Made by a program: the position numbers and the translations under genes. The notes below the pieces were generated by a model, which worked only from the letters and a program-made list of their open reading frames with translations, did not search any database and was not told the origin of the DNA. Positions 36,164 through 59,700 of a stretch of DNA of 64,000 nt are shown in pieces. Source of the stretch: Vicugna vicugna (taxonomy: Eukaryota); assembly GCA_013265495.1 (NCBI GenBank), contig MU061578.1:4661308-4725307 (forward strand), in the 5' to 3' direction. Each line of letters opens with the position of its first letter. Within the stretch, counting starts at the first letter, position 1.

Positions 36164-36800
36164 ACTAATTAGGCGTGAGGCTCGAGCTTTTATACAAACT
36201 GCCCACCTCTGCGATTGGGCGATCCCGGCGTAAGGATCTGCCTTCGCTTACTGCTGATATGCTCCGCTCTCTACTCCTCCTGTCTCCGCCAATCGCGCCT
36301 TGGCATTTCTTCTTGGGGCGGTCTCTCGAACCGGACACCGAAAACTCCACCCTTTTGCAGAGGCCATTGAATCTAACTGTGAGCGACGGATACACATAGC
36401 CCATCAGGCTCCGATCTGCAACATAGAGTGATTCTGAAGCCACCAATCCTACCCCGCTACTTCGGAGCCGCCGGAAGTCGTAGTTTCTGAAGAGTCTCGC
36501 GTAAGGCGGCCGCCGGGGGCTGGGAGAGCCTGGCAACTACAAGTCCCGGCGGACACAGCGCCTGAGTGCTTCCGGCTCGAGCGTCCTGTCCCTTTCCCGG
36601 CCAGCGGCCGAGGGGGCACGATGAAACGGGGGGGTGGCGCTGCCGTTCCCGAGCGGCCACGGGCGGGTAAGTGTCCGCGCGGCGTGCAGGCCTGGGGCTT
36701 ACGCCTCGGTGCCGCGTGGTGGGACGGGGGGCGCGTGCTGGGGTCTGGGGAGGGGGTCGGGCCTAGGGGGCGGGGCTGAGGCAATCCAGGGTCTGTCTTG
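35950..36800. promoter_or_regulatory. Bidirectional CpG-island promoter for SNHG19 (-) and TRAF7 (+), including TRAF7 non-coding exon 1 ending at 36666
   Basis: ETS/GABPA CCGGAAGT (36471-36478); ZNF143-type ACTACAAGTCCC (36536-36547); CCAAT boxes; donor GCGG|GTAAGT at 36666/36667. Confidence 0.85.
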
Positions 36801-36960
36801 TAGGTACGTCTGTTTATCAGCTGGTCCATCGCACGCTCGCTTCCTTCATTCTCTCCTTTATTCATTCCTTTTTCCTGCGTTTACTGATCGCCGCCAGGTG
36901 CCCAGCACGGTTGGAGGCTCTGGGAGACTGTGGTCCCAGTTCTCCTAGGCTTATCTCGTG

Positions 36961-37142
36961 CAGGGTTTCTCAACCTCGCCACTCATGACACTTCGTGCCC
37001 ATCATTCCCTGCTGTGCTTTTTAGGGTGTTGGGAAGCATCCCTGGTTTCCACCCACTAGATACCAGTAGCCTCCCCACCCGCAATATGACAACCAAAAAT
37101 GTCTCCAGACATTTCCAAGCGTTCCCACTTTAAGAACCGGTG
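36961..37142. mobile_element. MER20-like hAT DNA transposon
   Basis: CAGGGTTTCTCAACCTC...CCCACTAGATACCAGTAGC...GACAACCAAAAATGTCTCCAGACAT...AGAACC. Confidence 0.85.
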
Positions 37143-37169
37143 ATTTAGATTTGGGGGAGGGATTGACAC

Positions 37170-37620
37170 TACACAGACATGATCACGAGAAATTGTGATA
37201 GGTGCTATGAAAAAAGAAACAGGGCATTGAGAAAAAGAGTCCCCAGTAGGGGACTCCTGAATGGCTTGGGGAGGGAACACCTACAGCAAGCAGCCTGTCT
37301 TGAGAAGAGCAGTGTGTCTTGCTGAAAGAGCTTTGTCGGGCAGAGGTAGAAAGATATGCAAAGGCCCAGAGTGAGAAAGCTCAGTGTACACTAGCGAGTA
37401 CTGTTAAAGTGGTGAGAGGTGAATTGGATGAGGCCAGACTAGGGTGCAGGACGTGGATAGTCTTGTGCTTACAAAGGAGGCAGTTGGAGGACTCAAGCAC
37501 AGGAGAGTGGCATCAGATCTGAGTCTAATAAAGAACCTCTGGTTGTATGTGGAGGATGGACTGCTGGCTTCAGTGGGGAAACAGGAGAGAGTGAGGCTAG
37601 CTGGTGTGCAGTGGAGATTG
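37170..37620 (+). mobile_element. L2 fragment
   Basis: GGTGCTATGA...GCAAAGGCCCAGAG...GGAGAGTGGCATCAGATCTGA, typical decayed L2 text. Confidence 0.55.
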
Positions 37621-40600
37621 GGGTGGGGCCCTCATCTCCGAGTCCTCACTGGGTCTGGCTGCCTGGGCCTGGTTGTCTTGAGCCAGGTCAGGGCAGTAAG
37701 CTGGGGCTGAGTCTGGTGTCTCGCTGGATCACACCCTGCCCTAGGGGGAAGGGTTCCACCCTGCTTTGCTGCATCCCTTGCTTAGAGCTCTGTGCTGCCC
37801 AGCCTGTCTGCCCACCCTTCTCCTATCCCTCAGACCCCTACCCTCCAACGCAGGCCACCTCTCCTGGGGGCTGCCTGCCCCTTGGCCTTGGCCAAGCGTG
37901 TGGCCTTCCTCCCATTCCTTCTCTTTGGGCCTCTTCCTTCCCACACCCCTTCTCTCTGTCATAAATCCCCACTTCCACTTCTCTGGGCATTCAAATTTCT
38001 CCATGGAAACCCCAGTCCCTGTGTCTCAGGGTGCCTGAATCCTATAGCAGCACTATCTCCAGAAAACCATAACCTCCTTCTGGGGGAAAGCAGAGACTGG
38101 ACAGCCTGGCTGAAAGAGACAACTGGCCAGGAAGGAGGGTCTTGAACTTAGGGTCCCTATGGAGTAAGTCCACTATGGTTGTGTGTCATGATCTTCCAGG
38201 AAATGAATGAAAAAGATCAGGGTCTTCAGAACTGACTTAGGAGGAACAGGCCCCCACAGAAAAGTGCCTTTGTCATGTTGAACAGAGCGTAGTAGTACTT
38301 CTGACCCTTGGCCTCCCCCACCGGGCTCCCAGCTTCTCTAGGGTCAGACTCATGATTAGTTGTCACCACGTCCCCTCTCTCTAGGATAGGGCCTGGCAGG
38401 CAGTGGGTGTGACCCTTGGCCAGTTGGCAGGACAAAGGAATGGACAGTTTGGGAAATGGAAGAAGATGCAGTTGAAGAGCCGAGGTTGGGAGGCTTGGGC
38501 AGCCCAGACACTGTGATTCAGTTGCTGGCTAGCATGCTGAGTGAGGGGCTGGCTTAAGTGCACAGTGGGGCCTTGTGGTTTGCTGGCAGCAATGGAGTGA
38601 CCTCTCACTGGCTGTATGTCCCTGGCATGGGCTCTCAGCCTCCATCTTCAGTTCTCCAAGAGAAGCTGCTGTCAGCAGAGCCTTCACTATTGACTCATGT
38701 GGCATCTCTCACAGTTCCTTCCAGACCTGGTACATCCACTCCATTTTTATGGATGAGAACTCTGAGGACCACACAGGCAAGCAGCTGGCCCAAAGTCACA
38801 TAGCCGTTAAGTGGCAGAGGTGGGATTTGAACTCAGGTCTGTTCATGGGTGGGCACCTAGGCCTTCAGGCCTCAGGCCAGCTTATGCAGGAGGCACCCTT
38901 GAAGACAGGCCCACCAGCCCCTATAGACAGATGCCCCCAGTGTCCCTCATGCACTGGCCCTGGAGCAGAAGAGATATGGTCACTCCCTGGAGGAGCACGG
39001 AGTCAGGTGGGGCAGACGAAGCAGGAAATGGGCCCTGGGGGCTGGGGCTAAAGTCATAGTGCACACCTGGCACTTGGCCACCCTGGGCAGGAGGAAGCAG
39101 GCTGTTTGGAAGCCTTTTAGGGGGTGAATAATCCCAAGAGCACCTTGGGAGGGCATCCAGGTGGCAGGAGCCGGAGGAATGTGCCAGCCAGAGTGGTGAT
39201 GGGGCAGCAAGGGCTGGATGACGTGGGCTGGACAGAGGAGTGGGCAGGCAAGATTGTTGCCCTCTGAGCTCCTGGGGCACCTCCAGACCTGGATCTGGCC
39301 CAGGGACTGGGGCTGCACTCCCTGACTTCTCCAGAGAAGCAAGTAGGAAGACACACAAGCGACAGAAGCCACGCAGGAAGCAATGAGAAAATGGCCAGGG
39401 GGACTTGTAGGTATAGACCAGGCCTAGCCACTGCCCGCTGCTTGGCTCTTGGGCAGAGGCCCAGGACCTGTTTTTATGAGTTTAGACCCCTGATTTAGGA
39501 CAGCCAGGGACATGCACATGCTTCCCAGTTCTGCCCCTGCAGTCAGGGCTAGGCTGGGCACTGAGTTGGAGGGAGAGTGTGGGCAGAAAAAGCAGCCCTG
39601 CAGCCAGGCACTGAGATAGGAGGATGAATGCCATCTCTTCCCAGAACATTCCCTGCTCTGGATCTGGCCAACCCCTTCCTCCAGGAAGCCTTCTGGATGT
39701 CCCCAAGCTGGGCCAGGTCTCCATCCTGTACATGGGGGAAAAAAGGACAGAGAGATGAGGCTGGCCCCAAGGGGCAGGTGGGGAAGCGAAGGCATTCCAA
39801 GTAGGGGTTAAGGCCAGGCCACAGAGCAGGAGAGACCCCCTCCGTCTAGCAGAGGTGGCCCTAGGTGCTGCAGAGGCTGGACCTGGACAGGAAAGGCCAG
39901 GAGGCTGGGGGAGGGTCCAAGGGGGCAGAGCCTGGGGAGGGGAGGCCATAGCAGTCTGGTCAGGCGCTTTGAAGCCTCCATGGAGTCTGGGCTGTGGGTC
40001 CCAAGGGAAGGATGCAGAGGTGAGGGCAAAGGCCTGTCCTGAGTGCTGGGAGGGAGGGGAGGCCCGGCAGGCCTCAGACCAGGGCCTGCTGAGGTTCTGG
40101 GGGATCCCTGACAGCACACTCTGCCTGTTTGGAATGGAAAAAACATATTAAGGGGACGCCAAGGAACTGCTGAGGGAAATGTGTTTGGCTTCACTATGGC
40201 AACCAGGCCTGTCTCTGTAGGATTTGGCAGCCCAGCCTGGGCTTGGGCCAGGGGGTCCTAGGCAGGGGATGACCCTGGGGCTGTGCGGTCTGCAGGTGAT
40301 GCGAGGGCTGCACCTGGAGCTCTGGCTGCAGTCCCGCCATTTGGCCACCCAGGGCCGTGGCAGGAAGGGCTGAGGGTTCCTGAGCCATCCAGGCTCCTCC
40401 CTGAGGTATCCCAAAAGTGTGCCCTGACTGTTTATAGGGCAGTCTACCCCTGGCTGGCTCAGCATGTGCTATTCAGGGGACCCCATCATGCCTGTTGTTG
40501 GGAGAGCTGCCTCAAGGTGCCTCTGGCCTGGCTTGGCTCTGCCTCTGGCCACCCCACTTACCCCAGCTCCAGCATGGCCAGCCTGGGTCTCTGCTCCACT

Positions 40601-43600
40601 GGTGACAGCCTTGAGGCCAAGTAGGCAGAGACCCTGGCAATGTCTGATCTATACCACCTCTGGGTACTTCCCAAGGGAAAGGAGGGCCGTGTCCCACATT
40701 CCTGAGAGTGAGGCCCCAGCAGATCCCTTTGGGCTCCCTCCAGGGCATGGGCTGAGGAGGGTTTCGAAGGAGCTGGGCTGCCCTCCTGTGCAGACTACTC
40801 AGAGAAGGGAGCTGGTGGGGGGCTTTCCTGAAAAGGGGCTCAGGATGGCTGGGGCATTTCAGGCAGATCTCTGGCTCCTCACTGGGCAGTCAGGGCACTG
40901 CAGGCCCTAGAAGTCCCTTAGACATGGATGTGAGTGGACAGAGACTCCTGGGCCTTGACCCCTGGCTGAGGTGAGGTCTGCACAGACCCTGAGCATCTGA
41001 GGGTCCCATCCTCCCACTAGCCTTACCCAAGGCAGACAGCCTCATCTCCATCATGGCCTGGGGTCTTTTCTCTTTCATGGATAGAATCCTTGAGAGTCCC
41101 TCCCCTGGGTTCTGCTGAGGTACCTGAGAACCGACAGGGGGGGCCTTGGCAGGGAGGGTGGCAGGACTGTGGGGGTGGGGGCGGGGCCTTTTCTCACCCT
41201 GCCCCACACCAGGTCTTCCTAGTCTGCACAGCCCATGGCTTTTCCTAGTTTGGGAGAGGCTGGGCTCTGGGATAGGTAAGGAGTCTGGCTCTAGTTGACA
41301 ACTTCCTGTCTGACTGAGAACCTCAGGCTGACTGTGGGGAAGAGGCCTCTTCCCCTGGGGGGCCAGGGGACAACCCCAGGACAGCTGGGCCCAGCTAGGG
41401 GAGCGCTGAGCTATGCTGTTGTGTTCCTGGGGTTTTGGTCTCCAGGGCCAATAGATACTGGGGAAGACTGTTATTGCAAAATGCAGCCCCTGGGGACCTC
41501 CCTGAGGGCAAGGGAGGGCTGAGGGCTTCTTGCTCAATTCTGAGATGCTCTGGATGAAATCGCTGTGTTCCGGGTGGGCGGGGCGCACAGTGTCCCGCCC
41601 ACCCCTGGGTCCCTGGCTAGGGCGACACACTGAACCCGTGTGAACCGGGAAATGGTTCCCTCCCTCCTTCCCTCACTCAGCTTAACTCCCCAGCCAGTCT
41701 TGTACGTCCCCCATCGGGTCGGGTCGTGTGTCATCGCCGTGGGCCTGACCGCTATTGGTCGTCTGGGGACTTTCCGGCCCGATTTGCATGTTGCCCTGCG
41801 AGCCCTGCGTGCCTTTCTGTTTACTTCACTTCAGAGCGCAGGACAGCCAGACGCCTGCTCTCCCAGGCTGCAGCAACAGGCACTCGGGCACGCGACACCC
41901 ACGGGGGCCAGCAGGCTGGCTCCGGTCCTGTGGGGAGTGCCTGCTGGGGTCCTGGCCACCCGGACCGTGGGTGTTGCTCACTGAAGCCAGCAGCTGGCCT
42001 CTTGGCCCTGGGAGCTTGCAGTGAAGGGAGCGGATGGATTGTAAAATCAAGGTCAGTGTCAGCCAGTGGCCTCCCTGTGATACCCACCCCTCATGGCGCC
42101 CTGTGGTGCTGAGGCTGAAGCCAACCTTGGGTTTCCCCAAAGGGCGGAGCTTTACATGCTGATGGGGCGATTCCTGGAGCTCCCAGGTTTTCCGCTGTCT
42201 AGGCCTCACCCCACCCCGGGTGTCCTCACCCCAAGCAGGGCAGCCTCCGAGACTTCCTGCTTGGCGTGGAGACCCACAGCAGCGCTGGGAGTGGAGCTGG
42301 AAGTGAGGCTTCTGGACAGACCAATTGCACACCTCTGCCTGAAGGCTCAGCCCTGCCCAGTCTCCAAAGCCCCTCTCTCTCCCCTGAGAGGATGGGCCAC
42401 CAGGGAGCCTGGGCTGGGGCACACAGCCAAGCCCCTTGAATCATAGCAGGGAGGGTGGTGGGCAGGAGAGGGAGGCTTTAGCCAAGCTCTCGGGATTCCC
42501 TATCTAGGCAGACCCACAGGGCCCTCAGAGCCCTGAGGCGGGAGGCGCCTCATAACAGTGCCAACTGCGGGGGCCCAGAGCCGCCCTGTTGAAGCCTGAG
42601 TCTTAAAGTTTGGGAGTGTGGCGTGCAAGCGGTGTTTGAAGGGGTGAGCAGGGAGGGAAGGGTGAGGAGACAGCAGGGGATGAGCCCACCACCTCCCTGC
42701 AGACCCGTGGGCCAGGTTGGGGGACTGCTGGGTGGACCCCAGGTCACAGTGCATGGCAGTGGTGTACTTGGTGTGGGGAATGGACGCTGTTAGATGGACC
42801 AGGTCAGGAGGACCTGGTGGGGAAGGTACCAGAACTAGCTGGACTGTGCAGTTGCTCTCTGCTGGACTCACACTGGGTTGGGGCAGAGAGCATCTCCTGC
42901 CTTCTCCTACAGTGCAGGGGGCTTGGCAGCCCTTTCCACCTGGAGTCTCTTGCAGTCCTGTGGGACCTCCAGACCACAGCAGTTGGGCCTCTGCCTGCCA
43001 TGCCGCTCCCGGGAGCAAAATGAGCCCAGCCTCCCCCAGGAGTTCCTGATGCTGGTTCTGATGGCTAGGCTGGGTGGCGGGTGATGAGCCCATAGTGTGG
43101 TGTCCAGGGGATGCTGCTAGGGGTCTCCTGAGGCAGGGACCCCAAGTTGGCTTGGTGGCAGTGTTCCTGAGCATGTGGCCTTCCTCCCTGTGGGGAGTTT
43201 GGCTTCAAGCTTGGGCCTCTTGGCACTAAACACAGCCGACTGCCATAGAGGGAGACGGTGCTCCTGGCTATAGACTACTGTGGATCCTGCTATTTGGAAG
43301 ACTGCTCGGAGCAGGTGCCTGCTGATAGGGCCACCGGAGGGCGGGCGCTGTCTCGGGAGTGGAGTAGCTCTCTGGGGTTCCGTCCTCAGTGTGAGTTGCT
43401 GCCTGTGTCTCCTCTTCTTTCTAATCTCTTCCCTAGTCTGTGGGTACACCTGGGCTGGCCAGCTCTCCTGGGGCCCACCTTAGCTCCTTCCTTCATGGGG
43501 GATGGCAGTCACTGGAGGCCTGGGATGATTCCCCTTCTGCCTTCTCCCTGTCACCCTAGCCCATGAGACATTAGTCACACTGAGGGGGGCAAAAGGGCAT

Positions 43601-44240
43601 CCTTGGTTCCTGGGTGAGTGACCTGCACAAGGTTGAGAATCTGAGCTCATCTTTCCTCCCCTACCCAAAGGGGCTTTCTCTGTGTCCGGAGGCTGGTGAG
43701 AGACAGGGCTCTGGTCACGTTACCGGACAGGTTCCTAGGGTGTGACCAGCATCTCCACCATCCTGCAGACTGGGGCTAGCTGGGGCCTGACCACACCTGC
43801 CCTGGCATGTGGCTTGGTCTTGCTGTGTATACCCAGCCTTGGCCCCAGGGACATCCGGACCTTGGACCCAGAAAAGCAGACAGAGCAGGGGTGAGGGGCT
43901 TTCTAGCTCTGAGGCAGAGCTGGTGGGCTTTTCCAAAGGGCTAAGCCTTAAAGGAAGGTAGAACTGAGTGGTAGCTGCCATCCTGCATCCGGGGCCTCCT
44001 CCTTTCCTCTGGCCTGTGCACACCTGGGACAAGAGGGCGGGGAAGGGACTTTGCCCACATGGACCCATGCTTGTTATTGGTGGTAGAGGGCGGCCAGAGC
44101 AGGCCTGCCTGTGGGGAGCAGCCCTGCCCGTGGCGAGCAGCCCTGGCCAACTGACAGAGGCTTGGCTGCTGTCTCTAAAGCCCCTCATTTGTGCTCCACC
44201 CACAGGGGACGCTGCCCGAGGACCCTAGATGTCTCTCTAG

Positions 44241-54861
<10,621 letters not shown>

Positions 54862-54885
54862 TAGATTTGATTACTTCTTGATTGA

Positions 54886-54891
54886 AATAAA
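54886..54891 (+). terminator. TRAF7 proximal poly(A) signal
   Basis: AATAAA preceded by a U-rich block and TGTATATA (Pumilio element, 54856-54863), followed by GT-rich sequence. Confidence 0.65.
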
Positions 54892-55144
54892 AGCTGCACA
54901 GACTGTGGCTGTGAGTGGGGAAGGCTGTTAGGGGGAGGGGGAGGCTGCCTGAGGACACTGGGATACACAGGCCCCAGCAGCCAGTGGGGAAGAAGCTGGG
55001 GAGGGACCACAGGCAGCTCCTGTTGACAACCCCAGGAGCAGCCTTTTTGGTGAATTCTCCCTGCCAGGAACAGGCTAGCCCCCAACTTGCCCCCAACACC
55101 CCCCCCCAAAAGTGATCCAGGCAGCAGTGATCCATTTTCTGCTG

Positions 55145-55150
55145 TTTATT
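55145..55150 (-). terminator. CASKIN1 poly(A) signal
   Basis: TTTATT on + (AATAAA on -), the first canonical hexamer I found downstream of the CASKIN1 stop. Confidence 0.65.
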
Positions 55151-56133
55151 GACAGCTGACAGTAGTTCCCTGCCTGGACCCCCCTCCCCACCTGCTGGCC
55201 CTGGCCTGGGCCACCCACTGAGGAGAGGCCAGGGAGATGGCCAGGCACTCCACCTGGGGAAGTGTCAGGATGTGACTGCTGGAAGGGGTCCCACATGTCC
55301 AGACACCACCTCGGCAGACCCCCTCCACCTGCCCGAATCACAATCGCTGGTTTTCGGCGTTTTTTAATTCTTTTTTTTTTTTTTAAAGAAATGTCAAAGT
55401 TGTGCCCAACACATGTGAATCAGCAAAGACGATAGAGGAGACCAGTCAGTATTTTTTGGAGGGGGTAGAGGGAGGAAGAGAAGGCGAGAACGACCACACA
55501 ACACGGCCTTGAACCACGAGCAGAGCGTCCGTGGGAACTCAAATGGGGGTGGGCTGGCTGCAAGGAGCCAGCTTGGGGACCCCAGGGAGGGAGAGTCGGG
55601 TACACCCTCACATGAGCCACACGCAGCCTGGCACGCACGCCTCGCACCCACTGTTGCCACCCAGCTGACACACCCACATTCACCACACTGTGTACACAGC
55701 TCCCCTGAAGCCCAGGGGCACCCTCATGCCAGCACCCCCGAGAGAGGAGGAGCCCTCTCCATTGTCTCCACCGCGTGGAGGACACAGCCCAGCAGCGAGC
55801 AAGGCACATCCTTCAAGTTCTTCAGATGCAGAGAAGTTAGGAGAGAGAGCAGAGGGGAGGCCCTGGTGGAACATGGACCCCCTCCCCGGACCCCAGCCTC
55901 CTGTTTGTGCTACTGGGCCAGGGGTCTGGCCACTCCTGGATGGAGGGAGGGAAGGACACACAGACAGATGGCCTGGACCTCTAACAGCTTTTGTCTTGAG
56001 CTAGATTCCAGTGTCCTTGCAGTTGGTAAATGGTTTTCTATAGAATCAATAATATTTTTTCTTTCTTTAAATATATATTTGTTAAAGTTATAACTTTTTG
56101 TTTCTCTGGGGAAATCTGCCTCAGCTCATTCCC

Positions 56134-56139
56134 AATAAA
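56134..56139 (+). terminator. TRAF7 distal poly(A) signal
   Basis: AATAAA after an AT-rich block (56030-56110). Confidence 0.7.
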
Positions 56140-56734
56140 TTAATACTCTTCGATAGCTTATATTCTGGGGGGTGCAGTGGAGCAGGGGCCCCAACCCCAG
56201 CCCCTTGTGCTGCGCCAGAGCGGCTGGCAGAGGACCCCAATGGGCAGTTCTGTGCTGGGCATAGGCCTGTGCTCTGCCACAGATTGGGGAGGGGACTACA
56301 GCGGCTGCCCCACTCCCGCTGCCTCACCTGGACTCAGGGCAGGGGTTTCAGGGGCTGCCCCTCCTCCACCCACAGCAGGCAGAGCTTGGTGGTGGGTGGG
56401 CAGATGGCCCAGCAGTTATTGCACAGGGAGCAGCAGATAGGGACGGGCACCCACGGGGCAACAGCATCTGCCCAGAGCCCTTGGGTCCCCCAGCCAGGCA
56501 GTCCTCCCGGCTAGGCTCAGGGGGCAGGAGTTGTGCTTGTGCAGGGGCTGGGCAGCACGGCCTGCCCCCGCCTCGTGCCTGCAGCCACTTGGAGGGCTAT
56601 CCCCTGCGCCCGGCTCCCCTTGGCCCGTCGCCCTGCTCGCTCGCGCCACGCCACGAGGTGCCCATCCTGAGGTAAAGGTCAGTGTGCGGGCCAGAACCCA
56701 TGCGGCGCGGGCGGGCCCGACGTGGGCGGCCGCG

Positions 56735-59700
56735 TCACTCCAGCATGGCGTCCAGCTGGTCGGCCAGGTCGTCGAACATGCTACCAATGTCATCCAGGAT
56801 GCTGCCGGTGCTCTTCTCTGCGGCCGAGGGGCTGGGGGCGGGCGCGGCGTTAGTAGACAGGGTCGATGCAGAATGTCCCGCCCCAAGTCCCGTTCTTCCT
56901 CTCATTGAGGCCACGCCCTCGCTTCGGGGTGGGGCCAGAGTAGTTCACGCCCCTACACCATCCACCCCGCCCCCGAATCCAGCCCACGCACTGCAGCCTG
57001 GTGCGAGGACTGGGAAAGCTCGCAGACCCCGCCAGCTCGCAGACCCCGCCCAACCAGGGCACCGACCCGCGATGTATGGGCGGGGCCTGCTCCAGACCGT
57101 GCCCCTTCAGTGCGACTCGGCTCCGCCCTCGCAGGGCACCCTTGAAGCGCTCTCAGGCAGCATTCTCCTGTAGGCCTTACCTACGCCCATGCCGGACCCC
57201 GTCCCGCACCTACCGTGAGCCCTGCGCGTCCTCCTGTCGGATCTTCTCTTCTACGGCCTGCAGCGCCGCTGCCAGGCACGCGCTTGTTTCCTCCAGCTTC
57301 TGCCGGACGCTGTCCCCAGGCGAGGCACCATCGGGCGCAGCTGGAGGCCCAGTGGCGGCGGCGGCGGCGGCAGCGGCGCGCGGCGGCTTGGCGGGCACGT
57401 GCAGCGCGGGTGCACCGGGGGACGGGGGCCTGGCGGGGCTGGCGCTCAGTGAGGGTGGCGTGCTGGCCGGCTTGGCGAGGGCGGCGGGCGGCTGGCGTGC
57501 CGGCGAGGGCGCCGGCGACGGACTGGTGCTGCCCGACTGCAGCCCCGCCGCGGCCTTGGCCGGCTTGGGCGCAGTGGGCGGCGGCGGCGGCTTGGGAGAC
57601 ACGGGCGGCGGCGTGCCATGAGCACGCTTCACCTCTGCGGGAAGGAGGAGACTGGCACCGGGTGGGAGGTAACGAGGAGCGCGCGCGGCCCACCCCAGGA
57701 GAGGCCCTGCCGCAGCGCTAAGGTAACACCCTCTGCACTGCTAAGGCCTCATCCCTCCGCAACCCTCAAGCCCTGGGCCTCCCTGAGGCTGCCAGGGGTC
57801 GGGCTTCCCAGTGCACACCTGCTTAGGTGACTGCTTCCAAACCCGGGCCAGCCCACCCCCACCTCCATCCCTCTCCAGGTGTGGCCTACTGCAGCCACTG
57901 ACCCTTCAGTTGCTTAAATGCTACAGGGCCTTTGCACCTCTGATCCTTATGCCTGAAAGCCTCTCCCCTCCCTCCTGTGCTGGGGTTACTCTCCAGCCAG
58001 GTCAGAATCCTCCCTGACCCTTCCAGCATCATGGGCCCAACCTCTTTCTTTCACAGGTGCTGCTATTCATGGCTCACTGAGCAATGTGTGGATTCATCTA
58101 CCCTTGTCCCAGCTCTGGGCTGGTGGAGCGGTCCAGTGGGTGGATGGATGGATGAGAGGGAACACTTTCCCACCCCACTTCACCTGGTCTTTATCAAATC
58201 CAAGAAATGGAAAAACCCTCAGGCCATGGAGTGGGAAGCTGGCAGCGGGGTGAGGGTTCCCTAGCAGGCTCCCTGCACCTACCTGGGCTGCCCGGACCTG
58301 GCAGCGGCACCTTCTTGGAGGCAGGTGTGGGTGAGCCCTGGATCTTGGGCACAGGCTGAGCCAGAACGGGCTTGGGAGAGACAGGCGGCTTGGTCAGCTT
58401 CCGGGTGTCGCTGTCGGGCGGGGGCAGCGGGGGCAGATGCATCAGGTCAGAGGGCGGGGGCTCAGCAGGCGGAGGTGGAGGGGGCAGCTCTGGGGGCCCA
58501 GCCTGCTCAGAGGCCGGTCGGCGGCGCACAGTGCCCGTTCCATTCTGGTACACAGACAGCGGTGGGGGTAGCTCAGGACCTGCCTCCCGCTCCTTGGCCT
58601 TGGGCCGGCGCTTGACAGTGTCGGACTCAGTTAGGATGAACTTCACGTTCTCCTGCTGGCTCTGCTTGGCTCGGATGCGCCTCTTTAGTGTGGCACTGGC
58701 CTCCACCCTGGCCAGGGGCGGTCCCTCTGCACTCGCCTCGCCCTTGGCTGGACCTCGAGGCCTCTGCCGGGCAGCGCCATCTTCCACAAACTGGCTGTGA
58801 TCTGCAGGGGGCCCCTGCTCTCCTGGACTACGGCGAGCAGTGGCCAGAAGTCCTGTAACGGGCCCACTCAGCGTGCGGCGCCGGTTCACCACCTCACCAT
58901 CAGGCCCGATGGCCTCCTTGTGTTTCACCGAAGCCAACACTGTGGCCACCCGCCCTGGCTCCGGGCTGGCAGGGCGAGGTGTGGGGTGGCCCTCGGGGGG
59001 CCTGCGGGCTGCCCGGCCCCCACCCCCAATGGACGACAACTCGAGCATGGCTGCAATGCTCTTCACGCTGCCAGCACTTCCTGTGTCCACACTGCCAGCC
59101 AGATCACTAGCCCGGCGGCGCTGTGCCCGGACCCCCAGCCGGCCGTCCTCAGTCCCAGCCTCCTCGGTCTCCGCATCTGGCACCGACTCATCGGCCAGGT
59201 TGGCACTGGCCATGGCTGAGCTGGAGCGCTTGGGCGGGGGTGGTGGGGGCCCCTTCTTTCTTGGTCGCACAGCAAATGACTGGCTGCGGTTAACGTTCTT
59301 GTCGGCACCAGCAGGAGCCCGCACAGAGTGGCTGCGTCCCACACGCCGCTGGACTGTGGCATAGGGCCCTGCAGCCGCCGGCACCAGCAGCTCGTCCCGC
59401 TCCGGCTCGCTGTCAGACGCTGCGTAGCGATTCAGGCTGTGGGCACGCTTCTTGGGCCGCTCTGGCTCCACATCAGCCTCGGGGGGCAGGCACAGCATGG
59501 GCACAGTCGTGGGAACAGCCGCAGGTGCAGGCCCCGGAGCAGCCGGCCCTGCCTCGCTCTCCACGGGTTGGGGCAGCACATAGGCAAAGCCACGGTGTGT
59601 GGGTGACTGAGGCAGCGAGCGAGGTGACATGGGTCGCTCTGCTGGTGGCAGCAGCTGGGGGGTGGGCTTCACCTTGGCTGTGGCTGGGGCTGGGCCATGA

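Noticed and set aside
41830..41850. REST/RE1 site (TTCAGAGCGCAGGACAGCC)
   Set aside because: Left half-site has several mismatches to TTCAGCACC; too weak to call.
37600..44200. Numerous 100-250 aa ORFs in TRAF7 intron 1 (and similar ones in PKD1 intron 1)
   Set aside because: No recognisable domains, overlapping in several frames, and composition typical of GC-rich non-coding DNA.
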